Source of the DNA: Pelagomonas calceolata
Lineage: Eukaryota
Length of the DNA: 64,000 bases
Direction: 5' to 3'
Assembly: GCA_918797485.1 (NCBI GenBank)
Contig: CAKKNE010000003.1
Span: forward strand, 5,208,001-5,272,000
A program made the position numbers and the translations under genes. Below the pieces are notes generated by a model, which was not told the origin of the DNA, searched no databases, and worked only from the letters and a program-made list of their open reading frames with translations. Positions 31,414-42,500 of the stretch are shown piece after piece; the first letter of the stretch is position 1, and every line of letters begins with the position of its first letter.

Positions 31414-31947
31414 ATGCATCTCTGCCTAACTACAAGGGCCTGCCTGCTCCCACTCCTCCGCACCAGCGCCGGGCTCGCCGGACGGGCGTGCGCGACGCGG
31501 CGACTCTCCTCTGCGCTGATGGGGGAGGCGGAGCACGACCCGCTCGTCCAGTACATCGTCCTACGCCGCGACCTGCAAGAAACGGAAGGCTGGCCGCTCG
31601 GCGCGCTGGTCGCGCAGGGCTCGCACGCGGCCGTCGCGGCTGTCGCAGAGCACTGGGACACGCCTGCGTGTCGGGCCTATGTAGCGCCGGACGCCATAAA
31701 ACGCATGACCAAAGCGGTTCTTGAGGTCAAAGGAGAGCTGCAGCTCAGAGGGCTTGCCGCCAAGCTCGAAGAAGGCGGCGCGGCTCACGTCCTGTGGGTT
31801 GAACAGCCCGAAAACTTTCCGACGTGCCTCGCGACGGCGCCCGCACGCAAGTCCACGCTCGCGCCCTTTTTCAAGAAGTGCCGCCTCTCGTCCTGGCACG
31901 ACGTCAAGGCGATTTCCGGAGCACAACAAGCCCCCGAAGGAACTTAG
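31414..31947 (+). CDS. PTRHD1: Pth2-family peptidyl-tRNA hydrolase domain protein
   Basis: VQYIVLRRDL, WPLGALVAQGSHAAVA, MTKAVLEV and LWVEQPENFPTCLATAP motifs, with an N-terminal targeting extension. Confidence 0.88.
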   Translation: MHLCLTTRACLLPLLRTSAGLAGRACATRRLSSALMGEAEHDPLVQYIVLRRDLQETEGWPLGALVAQGSHAAVAAVAEHWDTPACRAYVAPDAIKRMTKAVLEVKGELQLRGLAAKLEEGGAAHVLWVEQPENFPTCLATAPARKSTLAPFFKKCRLSSWHDVKAISGAQQAPEGT

Positions 31948-32918
31948 CCAGCCGACCCGGCGGACACTCACAAAGACCGCTTCGCCTCAGCCGGATCCGA
32001 CTCCGTTCGAGACTCGGAATTCGAGAGGAGACCGGGCGACCCCGAGAGTCGCGCGCCGAGTTGTTGTTGCTGCGGCCGGTATATCCACGCTGTTTCGGCA
32101 GGAGATATACCAAATAGGATATGTAAGATTCCATTAGTTGAAGCCTTAGCGTTCGGGAGTTACATTATGTATCAAGCGCCATCATTACAAACTTGAAAAG
32201 TATCGTGACCGTGACTAGTAAAGTAGACGGGAAAATGGTAAATACTTTACGAGTCTGGTTCCCGGCCGATGATGGACAATCATTCATACCTCCCCGTTTC
32301 AAGTTTACAATGAGCTTGGCCCGCCGGGCTGTCGAAACTTTACAAGCGCAAGTGATTATGAAAATCTTTACTTATACACAGTAGTCAGTCAGTGTGATCG
32401 GTCGCGTAATTGAGCGAAAAGAGTTCTAGACTCGGAGTTAATAAATCTAACCGTCACGGTTGAGCTGTGTAGTCCAAATAATCATTTAGTTTCAGGACTT
32501 TCTCTTCAGAGCTGTTAGAGTCCTTCTCTATTTCTTCATACACTTTCTCAGCTTCTTCAGGCCAATAGTCTTGATCTACTTCGAGCTGATTTGCGTGAGT
32601 CCGCTCTGCGTGGTCCGGGGTCCCAGGGGTTGGCGCCCGTTGTGGCAACGGCCTCTTTTCCACTTATAAATCTCCCAAAATTTTATCTTAGCTTCACTAT
32701 CCTAGTCTCACTTATCTTGGTTAAATACCCGGATAGAGTAGGCCTATGAATACGGTACCGTAGGTACCGGTACGAGCTTGTACGAGCTTGTAGCCATAGC
32801 TGCAGCATCACTTTGCGGGTTCCGCAAAAGCTACGGTACGAATAGACCTGGTGAGAGACGCGGTGAGAGACACGGCTTGCGACCACCCGGCGCGCGAAGC
32901 ACATTCGGCCGGCGTGTC

Positions 32919-34055
32919 ATGAGCGGCCGGCGTCGTGCGGGCGTGCTAGCGCTGGCCACGGCGGCGGGCTCGCTGGTGTTGCCGCCCGCGGCGCCGCGGC
33001 GACGGCCCGCGGCGGCCCTTTGCCGTCGCCCGCTGCTCCTGCCGCTTCGCGTGGCGACCGCCGAGCCGGAGGCGATGCCAGCGGACGTCTCGGCGAACGC
33101 CACCGCCGTGCTCGCCGCCTCGGCGGCCGACGGCGCCGGCGAGACCGTCGAGATACGCGCGGTGGCCCCGCCGCCGCCGCCGAGGCAGGCCGACTTCGCG
33201 CGGCTTCGGCGGGCGCTGTGGACGCCGCTCGACGTCGGCCACACGCACGCGGTCTCGGGCGCGCTCTTCCTCGCGGGGGCGTTCGCCTGGATCGCGTGGG
33301 TCGCGCACGCGCAGGCCGCGGGCGCGGCCGCGCCCCACGCGCCGATCTTCGGCGGCGAGGCGTCGCTCGCGGTCCTCGCGGTCGGCGTCTGGAACGGGCT
33401 CTCCGCGTTGCCCATGGCCAGCGACGAAAGGGTGGCGAGTCAGGATTTAGATCGGTACCACGCGCTGGCGTTCCGCTGGGGCGGCACGGCGCAGCTCGCG
33501 GCGTGCGCGTGGCTGTGCTGGTGGTTCTCGGGGCTGTACCCTTCCGTTCCGCGGCCCGTCGACGCGGCGCTGTGCGTGGCGTCCATGTCGTCAATAGCAT
33601 GGGTCGTCTACTTCTCCGAGGAGTCTATACGAGCGGTGGACCGCAAGGTCGCGACCGGCGGCTTCGTCCACGGGCGAAGGGCCGCGACGCTGTCGAAGGA
33701 CGAGAGAATACAGCTCAGCGCGCTCGCGCGCCTCGGCAGCTATCCGAACGTGTTTCAGCTACCCGTCCTCGTGAACGTGTTCCTGGGCGGCCGCGCCTGG
33801 CTCGACGCCGCCCTGGACAAGTTCCCGCACCAGGCGGCGCTCCTCCACCACTACCTCTTCGCGTGCGCGACGAGCTACGCGATCACGTTCTTCGCCACGA
33901 CGCTCCGCGACCGCAAGCTCATCACGATCCGCCAGGACCTCGCGATGCTCGCGACGGGCACGGCCCTGCCGTTCCTGACCATGTTCGCCGACGTCAGCGC
34001 CTTTCCGGGCGCCGCGACGCTGAACCCGCTCGACTACAACGTCGGCTTCCTCTGA
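32919..34055 (+). CDS. Probable plastid-targeted multi-pass membrane protein of unknown function
   Basis: First ATG at 32919, bipartite-like presequence, several hydrophobic helices and a HTHAVSG motif. Confidence 0.7.
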   Translation: MSGRRRAGVLALATAAGSLVLPPAAPRRRPAAALCRRPLLLPLRVATAEPEAMPADVSANATAVLAASAADGAGETVEIRAVAPPPPPRQADFARLRRALWTPLDVGHTHAVSGALFLAGAFAWIAWVAHAQAAGAAAPHAPIFGGEASLAVLAVGVWNGLSALPMASDERVASQDLDRYHALAFRWGGTAQLAACAWLCWWFSGLYPSVPRPVDAALCVASMSSIAWVVYFSEESIRAVDRKVATGGFVHGRRAATLSKDERIQLSALARLGSYPNVFQLPVLVNVFLGGRAWLDAALDKFPHQAALLHHYLFACATSYAITFFATTLRDRKLITIRQDLAMLATGTALPFLTMFADVSAFPGAATLNPLDYNVGFL

Positions 34056-34647
34056 CGCTGCGCGCGGGTCGCCGGGTTAAATTACTAGTAGTTGGGACGT
34101 CCTAGCAGGGCAAGCCCCCCTGCAGCTCCCCTGCGTCGTGGGCAGAGCGGAGATTAACTGAGCAGGGAGAAGGCTCTTAGGAGCTTGTTCCTATTTTTAG
34201 GTCTTCCTTGCTTTGCTTAGAGCTAGGCCGCCTAGCCTTAGTTTATTTATAAATTTATTTATGGATTTAAGGGAGTTCAGACTATTCTGGCATAGCTCTA
34301 GCCTGCCAGTGAGAGCATTATTAGTATTAGTAAACTTTTGAAAAAATTCGCAGATGTTTTGAAAACCCAGTACCGTGACGGTTTTCGGACAGCTTTTGAA
34401 AACCAGAATAGTGAAGTTCAGACCTTAATTTCCGCTCTGGTCGTGGGAACCTAGACCATAGGCCGGCCCCCGGGGCAGCCGTCGTCGGGCGTGGTGGGGC
34501 TAGCCCGAGTCGCCGCATCTAGGCTCACCGTGGTGAAAGTGAAGAAGGAAGCGGCACGACTCATCTGGAAGGAGATCTGTGAATTGTGGACGAGGCATAT
34601 TTACCTCCTCAGGCTCTCGCGAGTCGCGACTCGCGAAAGGGAGGGAG

Positions 34648-35613
34648 TCAGGGGGCGTCCGCCAGCCAGACGGGCTGGCGGTACGCGTGCTTGGCGACGG
34701 TGCCGTCGAGGCCGTGGAGCGCGTGCGGCAGCGTCGCGTCGGAGTGGGCTTCCGAGAAGACGGTCGCGTCCGCCTTCGCGACCGCGGCGACGACCGCGGC
34801 CATTTCGCCCGAGGCGCCGTCGAGGAACTGGTCCAGGTGGAACGCGCGGGCCCCGCCGACCAGGAGCTGCTCGGGCGCGGCGCCGTGCGCGTGGACGGTC
34901 GCTTCGGCGCCGCAGAGCGCCGCGCACGTCCGGAGGAGCTTGGCGTCGCGGACGTCGCGCGCGTCGGCGCTCGCCATCGCCGCGCGGCCCGCGCCGGCGC
35001 CGCGTGCGGCCGCGCGCAGCACTTCGTTGACGGCGGCGACGTCGATCCTTTCGCAGTCGACGAGCAGCGTCGCCGTGTCGCTCGGCGCCGCCTCGCGGAG
35101 GTCGGCGACGAGCGCGCGGCACGCCGGGTCGCGCGCGAACCGCGCCGGCGCCGCCGCGACCGCGCCCAGGTTCTTGAGCACGTCGACGGCGTCCCCGGGG
35201 TCGAGGACGTCGCCCGAGACGAGGCCGAGCGCCTTCGCGCCGCGCGCGCCGCAGATCTGCGCGACGCACTGGCCGACGGCGCCCTCGGCGCCGAGGTGGA
35301 TGACGACGTCGCCCGCGTCGACGTCGCGCAGCAGGCCGTACGCCGTCGCGGCCGCCGCGAACGACGCCGCCGCGCGCGCGACCGGCGTCGCCGGCGGCAG
35401 CTTGACGACGCGCGTCGCGTCGGCCTCGAGGGGCGCGCGGTCGGCCCAGGTCCCGCGGAGGCCGCGCGCGTGGACGAGGTCGCCGGCGTTGAAGCCGTGC
35501 CCGCCCCGCTCCACGACGCCGACCCCGTCGGTCAGGACCGGGCCGCGCACGGGCGCCCCGCGCATTTCCACCGACAGCGTCGACGCCAAGCGTCGAAAAG
35601 AAGAACCCCGCAT
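34648..35613 (-). CDS. Medium-chain dehydrogenase/reductase, MECR (trans-2-enoyl-ACP/CoA reductase)-like, divergent
   Basis: DGVGVVE, GDLV, GTW, ATAYGLL and GDVVIHLGAEGAVGQCVAQI motifs. Mitochondrial-type presequence MRGSSFRRLAS. Confidence 0.7.
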   Translation of the reverse strand: MRGSSFRRLASTLSVEMRGAPVRGPVLTDGVGVVERGGHGFNAGDLVHARGLRGTWADRAPLEADATRVVKLPPATPVARAAASFAAAATAYGLLRDVDAGDVVIHLGAEGAVGQCVAQICGARGAKALGLVSGDVLDPGDAVDVLKNLGAVAAAPARFARDPACRALVADLREAAPSDTATLLVDCERIDVAAVNEVLRAAARGAGAGRAAMASADARDVRDAKLLRTCAALCGAEATVHAHGAAPEQLLVGGARAFHLDQFLDGASGEMAAVVAAVAKADATVFSEAHSDATLPHALHGLDGTVAKHAYRQPVWLADAP

Positions 35614-35846
35614 TACTCTAATGCGTTGGTGGCTGGCCAATTACCTGAGCTCCTGCCCCGCCGCGGTATCGTACCGCAGGCTCCCAGAGTACTTTAGTAC
35701 TCGGGGTATGGCACAGCTTGGCACGCGGGAAGCAGGAGCTTCGCGCCGAAGCGCAAGCGATTAAGTAATGGTAAATCTATAAGGTTGTCTCCTCGTGGTC
35801 CGGGACATTGCGCGCGTGAATACAAAAAGAGAGTTATTCCCTCGAG

Positions 35847-36188
35847 ATGTCGTCCTCGACCACAGCGGAAGGCGCCACAGCGTCCTTCTCGCACGATCAG
35901 CTGCAGATACCAAAGGCGGCGATCAAGAGGATTATGAAATTGGATCCCGAGGTCAGTCAGGTGGCGAACGACGCGGTTGTCCTCGTCGCGAAGGCGACCG
36001 AGATGTTCCTCGAGAAGTTCGCCGGCGCCGCGCGCGCGCGCGCGACCGGCCGCGACCGGCAAACCGTCACCTACGAGGACCTTGCGGTGGCGGCGCGGCG
36101 AGAGTCGAACTACGAATTCCTGACGCACGTGCTCCCGGAGCCGGGAGGCGGGGCGGCATCGTCCTCCTCCCAGGGGCCGGTGCAATGA
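35847..36188 (+). CDS. Histone-fold protein, H2A-like (NF-YC/DPB3-POLE4/CHRAC class)
   Basis: LQIPKAAIKRIMKLDPEV..VANDAVVLVAKATEMFL...TVTYEDL....YEFL. Confidence 0.88.
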   Translation: MSSSTTAEGATASFSHDQLQIPKAAIKRIMKLDPEVSQVANDAVVLVAKATEMFLEKFAGAARARATGRDRQTVTYEDLAVAARRESNYEFLTHVLPEPGGGAASSSSQGPVQ

Positions 36189-36513
36189 GCTCAGTTCTAT
36201 GAAAAGCGGGTAAAATATTGGCCTATGATGCCCCTGTTTTTGAAAGAGCCATTTAAATTATATATATTAAATGGCCCATATTAAATGGTCAATATGACCG
36301 AGCAGGGAGAAGGCTCTTAGGAGCTTGTTCCTTTCTTAGGTCCTCCTTAATTTATTATTTATGGTCAGGAACGATATCATAAAGGTAACTCTTATTAAAA
36401 GGGAAAATAAGCAATCGCCTAGCGTAAAAGACACTAGGAAGCAGCGACTTAGCAAGGGCGCGGTAGCCTTTATTCATTGACGAAAGCATACAGGCGAAAA
36501 GCGCCGGGAAACC

Positions 36514-39500
36514 ATGGCCGAGGAGTTCGCCCGCAACCGGCAGTACGAGTACCGCGCGAACTCGAACCTCGTGCTCGAGGCGGACCGGGAGACGCGGCGG
36601 CGCACCGACGAGCCGACGGGCGAGGTCGAGTCGCTCTGGGGGCGCATGGGCGCGCAGCGCATGGGCGACAAGGTCCGCGGCGGCCGCGCGCCGGACGGCG
36701 ACGAGCGCGCGCGGCGCGCCAGGGCGAGCCGCGAGAAGCGGCGGCGCGGCGACGCGGAGGACCTGGCGACGCAGAAGCGGCGGCGGCGCGGCGACGGCGG
36801 CGACGGCGCCGACGACGGCGCCGACGGCGGCGGCTACCGGCCGCGGACCAAGGAGGCCCGCGCGGCGTACGAGGCGATCCTCGCCGACGTGCGCGCGGCC
36901 CTGGGCGACGCGCCGCGCGACGTGCTCGCCGGCGCGGCCGAGGAGGCGCTGCACGTCCTCAAGCGCGACGGCGTCCGCGACGCCGACCGCCACGCGGAGC
37001 TCGAGCGGCTGCTGGGCGCGCGCGTGCCCGACGAGCGGTTCGCGGCGCTCGTCGCGCGGGGCAAGCGCGTGACCGACTTCGACGCCGGCGGCGCCGGCGC
37101 CGGCGGCGACGACGCCGGCGGCCTCGACGAGGAGATGGGCGTGGCGGTGGTCTTCGACGAGGACGAGAGCGACGACGAGGCGCAGGACGTCGACGAGGTC
37201 CACTCGGAGGAGGAGGACGACGACGCGGCGCGGGGCGTCGAGGCCGCGCGCGACGGCAAGCTGCTGACGGGCGTGGGCGACGACGCCGCGGCCGCCGCGG
37301 GCGCCGCGGGCGCGGACGGCGCGGCGCCGCTCGACGTCCACGCCGTCGACGCGCACTGGCTCCAGCGCGGCATCTCGGCGTTCGTCGAGGACGCGAACGC
37401 GTCGGCGCTGCTGGCGCGCGACGTCCTGGCGGCGCTGGGGCCCGACGGCGGCGACGAGCGCGCGTGCGAGACGCGGCTCGTCATGCTGCTCGACTACGAC
37501 CGCTTCGACTTCATCAAGACGCTCCTCGCGAACCGGAGCCGCGTCTTCTACTGCACGCGGCTCAAGCAGGCGCAGACCGAGGCCGAGGCCGAGGCCGTGC
37601 GCGCGCAGATGGCGGCCGACGTCGACGGCGGCGGCGCGGCGATCCTCGAGGCGCTCGCGCAGACGGGGTCGGCGGAGACGTGGGCGCAGGACCGCGCGGC
37701 GGACTTCGCGAACCGGACGCGCCGCGAGGCCGTCGGGCTGTCGAAGCTCCGCGGCGTCCAGCTCGACGACGGCGAGCGCGCGCGCCTGGCGCGCGCCGAC
37801 GACGACGCGGCGGCGGCCGGCGCGGCGCCGGCGGCGCCGCCGGCCGAGGCGCGCGGCGGCGGCGCGCGCGCGCCGGCGCGCGTCCTGGACCTCGACGCGC
37901 TCGCGTTCGCGCGCGGCGCGCACCAGATGACGAACCGGCGGTGCGAGCTGCCGCCCAAGTCGTGGCGCGCGCAGAAGAAGGGCTACGAGGAGGTCCACGT
38001 GCCGGCGGCGGTCAACACGGAGGCGTCGAAGATCCCGCTCGTGCCCGTCGACGCGCTGCCCGCGTGGACGCGGCCCGCGTTCGCCGGCATGAGGACCCTG
38101 AACACGGTCCAGTCCAAGCTGCTGCCGGCGGCGCTGCGGTCGTCGCAGAACCTGCTGCTCTGCGCGCCGACGGGCGCCGGCAAGACGAACGTCGCCGTGC
38201 TGGCGATGCTGAGCTGCCTCGCCGCGCACCGCCAAAACGCGGAGGACGACGCGTGCTGCCGCGTCGACCTCGACGCGTTCAAGATCGTCTACGTCGCGCC
38301 GATGAAGGCCCTCGTGCAGGAGGTCGTGCTCAACTTCGGCAAGCGCCTCGCGCCGTACGGCGTGCAGGTCCGCGAGCTGTCGGGCGACCAGTCGCTGACG
38401 GTCGCGCAGATCCAGGCGACCCAGGTCATCGTCACGACGCCGGAGAAGTGGGACATCGTCACGCGCAAGGGCGGCGACCGCGCGTACACGCAGCTCGTGC
38501 GCCTGATCATCATCGACGAGATCCACCTGCTCCACGACGACCGCGGGCCCGTCCTCGAGTCGATCGTCGCGCGGACGGTCCGCCAGGTCGAGGCGACGCG
38601 CGACGCCGTGCGGCTCGTGGGCCTGTCGGCGACGCTGCCCAACTTCGCGGACGTGGCGGAGCTGCTCCGCGTCGAGCCGTCCGCGGGCATGTTCTTCTTC
38701 GACAACAGCTTCCGGCCCGTGCCGCTGCAGCAGCAGTACGTCGGCGTCGCCGAGAAGAAGGCGCTCAAGCGGTTCCAGCTGATGAACCAGATCTGCTACG
38801 AGAAGGTGCTGGCGCAGGCCGGCCGGAACCAGGTCCTCATCTTCGTGCACTCGCGCGCCGAGACCGCGAAGACGGCGGCGGCGCTGCGCGACATGGCGCT
38901 CAACGACGACGCGATCCACCGCTTCGTGCGCGAGGACTCGGCGACGCGCGAGATCCTGCAGGAGGAGTGCGAGACGGCCAAGTCCGAGGCGCTCAAGGAC
39001 CTCCTCCCGTACGGCTTCGCGATCCACCACGCGGGCCTGGCGCGCGCGGACCGCACGCTCGTCGAGGACCTCTTCGCCGACCGCCACGTCCAGGTGCTGT
39101 GCTCGACGGCGACGCTGGCGTGGGGCGTCAACCTGCCCGCGCACACCGTGATCATCAAGGGCACGCAGGTCTACTCGCCGGAGCAGGGCCGCTGGGTCGA
39201 GCTGAGCCCGCTCGACGTCGTGCAGATGCTCGGGCGCGCCGGGCGGCCGCAGTACGACGCCGAGGGCGAGGGCATCGTGATCACGAAGCACTCGGAGCTC
39301 CAGTACTACCTGAGCCTCATGAACCAGCAGCTGCCGGTCGAGTCGCAGCTCGTCAAGCACCTGCCCGACCACCTCAACGCCGAGGTCGCGCTCGGCACCG
39401 TGCGCGACGTGCGCGACGCCGCGGCCTGGCTCGCGTACACGTACCTCTACGTCCGCGCGCTGCGCGCGCCCGAGCGCTACGGCGCCGCCGCCGGCCGCGA

Positions 39501-42500
39501 CGCCGACGACGCGAGCCTCCTCCAGTGGCGCCTCGACCTCGCGCACTCGGCGGCGCTGCGGCTGGACAGGGACGGCCTCGTCGCCTACGACCGGCGCTCG
39601 GGCGCGCTCCGCGCGACGGCGCTCGGCCGCGTCGCCGCGCACTACTACGTCTCGTCGCAGTCGATGGCGACGTACAACGAGCACCTCAAGCCGAACCTCT
39701 CGGACGTCGAGCTCTTCCGCCTCTTCTCGTTCTCGGGCGAGTTCCGCCACGTGCACGTCCGCGCGGAGGAGAAGCTCGAACTCGCGAAGCTCGCGACGCG
39801 CGTGCCGATCCCCATCAAGGAGGGCATGGACGAGCCATCGGCCAAGGTGAACGCGCTGCTGCAGGCCTACATCTCGAACCTGGGCCTCGAGGGCTTCGCG
39901 CTCGTCGCCGACATGACGTTCGTGCGCCAGTCGGCCGCGCGGCTCTGCCGCGCGCTCTTTGAGGTGGCGCTCAAGCGCGGCTGGGCGGCGGCGGCGGACA
40001 AGGCCCTGACGCTGTGCAAGATGGTCGAGCGGCGGCTCTGGCCGTCGCAGTGCCCCCTCCGGCAGTTCCGGGGGGTGCCGGAGACGATCGCGCGGAAGCT
40101 CGAGAAGAAGGAGATCGCGTGGGACCGGTACTACGACCTGAAGCCGGGCGACCTGGCGGAGCTCGTGAAGCTCCCGAAGATGGGCAAGACGCTCCACCGC
40201 CTCGTGCACCAGATCCCGCGCGTCGAGCTCGCCGCGCACGTCCGCCCCGTGTCGCGCGGCCTGCTCCACGTCGAGGTCGTCGTCTCGCCCGACTTCCAGT
40301 TCGAGGCCAAGGTCCACGACTACGCCCAGATCTTCCACGTGATCGTCGAGGACGTCGACGGCGAGCGGATCCTGCACCACGAGCCGCTCCGCGTGAGCCT
40401 GGACCGCGCGGACGCCGAGCACGTCGTCGAGCTGCGCGTGCCCGTCTCCGACCCCCCGCCGCCGCAGTACTTCCTCAAGGTCGTGAGCGACCGCTGGCTC
40501 CACAGCACGGCGTGCCTGCCCGTCTCGTTCCGCCACCTGATCCTCCCGCGGAAGCACGCGCCGCACACGGAGCTGTTGGATCTCCAGCCGCTGCCGGTCG
40601 GCGCGGTCGGCTCGCCCGAGCTCGCGGCGCTCTTCGCCGACGTGGGCCCCTACTTCAACCCGATCCAGACCCAGTGCTTCGCCGCGCTCTACGAGTCCGA
40701 CGAGTCCGCGCTCGTCTGCGCGCCGGGCGGCGCCGGCCGCCTCGTCTGCGCCGACCTCGCCGTGCTGCGGCACGTCGTCCGCCGGCGCGCCGCGCGCGCG
40801 CGCGCCGGAGGCGGCGGCGGCGGCGGCGGCGGCGTCGTCTACGTGGCGCCGCGCGCGGCGACGGTCCGGCGCGTCCTCCGGCGGTGGCGCGCGCGCTTCG
40901 CGGCGCTGCCGGGCGGCGCGCTCGTCGCGGCCGAGGCCACGGGCGACGTCGCGGCGGACCTCCGCGCGCTCCGCGAGGGCGACGTGCTGCTGGCGACGGC
41001 CGAGCGGTGGGACGCGCTGTCGCGGCGCTGGAAGCAGCGGCCGGCCGTCCGCGACGTCGGCCTCTTCGTCTTCGACGACCTCCACTGCGTCGGCCGCGAC
41101 ACCGCCGGCTCGACGCTCGAGATCGTCGCGTCGCGCGCGCGCTACGTCGCGTCGCAGCTCGACGCGCCCGCGCGCGTCGTGGGCCTCGCGGCGGCGACGG
41201 CCGACGCGCGCGACGTCGGCGACTGGCTCGGCGTGCCCGCCGAGCGGTGCTACGCCTTCGCCGCGACCGTGCGGCCCGTGCCGCTCGAGCTCAGCGTCGT
41301 CGCGTTCGACGCGCCGCACGTCCAGAGCCGGCTCCTGAGCATGGGCAAGGCGCTCTACGACCTCGCCGAGCGCGTCGCGCCGGACGCGCCCGTGCTCGCG
41401 TTCGCGCCGTCGCGCAAGCAGTGCCAGCTCACGGCCATCGACGTCGCCGTCCGCGCGGCGGCCGACGCGGACGGCGCGGCCGCGCGGCGGCCGACGCGCG
41501 TCGGCCGGCGCGGCGGCGACGCCGCGTTCGACGACCCGGCGCTGCCGCGGACGGTCGAGGCCGGCGTGGCGTTCCTGCACGCGGGCCTCTCCGCGCGCGA
41601 CCGCGCGACCGTCGAGCGGCTCTACGCGGCCGACGAGCTCTGGATGCTCGTCGCGCCGGCGTCGACGTGCTGGGACCTCGACGCGACCGCCAAGCTCGTG
41701 TGCGTCCTGGGGACCGAGGCCTACGACGGCGCGCGGCACCGCTACGTCGACTACGACGTCACCGACGTCCTCGAGATGACGAGCACGGCCGGCCGGCCCG
41801 GCGGCGTCGACGACGACGCGGCGTGCGCGGTCTTCTGCCACGCGCCGAAGCAGGCGTACCTGAAGCGCGCGCTGTACGAGCCGCTGCCCGTCGAGTCGCG
41901 GCTCGACGACGACCTGCACGACCACGTCAACGCCGAGGTCGTGGCGCGGACGATCGAATCGAAGCAGGACTGCGTCGACTACCTCACGTGGACGTTCTAC
42001 TACCGCCGCCTCGCGAAGAACCCCAACTACTACGACCTCCGCGGCGCGTCGCACCGCCACGTCTCGGACCACCTCTCCGAGCTCGTCGAGCGCGTCGCCG
42101 GCGACCTCGAGGACGCGGGCTGCGTCCGCGTCGGCGACGACGAGACGTCCCTCGCCGCCCTGAACCTGGGCATGATCGCGGCCTACTACCGGCTCCGCTA
42201 CGCGACCGTCGAGCTCTTCGCCGCGTCCGCGGCCGAGGCGTCGCGCGTGCCGCAGCTCCTCGAGGTCCTCGCGCACGCGGCCGAGCTCCGCGACCTCCCG
42301 CAGCGGCCGCAGGACGCGCCGGCGCTCGAGGCGCTCGCGCGCCACGCGCGCCACAAGCCGCCGCGCGGCTGCGGCCCGCCGGGGCGCGACGCCGCGGCCA
42401 AGGCCCACGCGCTGCTGCAGAGCCACTTCTCGCGGCGGCCCGTGGCGAGCGCCGACCTGCGCGCGGACCGCGACGCGGCCGTCGAGGCGTCCGTCGCGCT

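Noticed and set aside
32620..32650. TGGCGCCC as an LTR retrotransposon primer binding site
   Set aside because: No clear TG...CA LTR pair or gag/pol ORF nearby, and the second copy at 9360 lacks the TGG.
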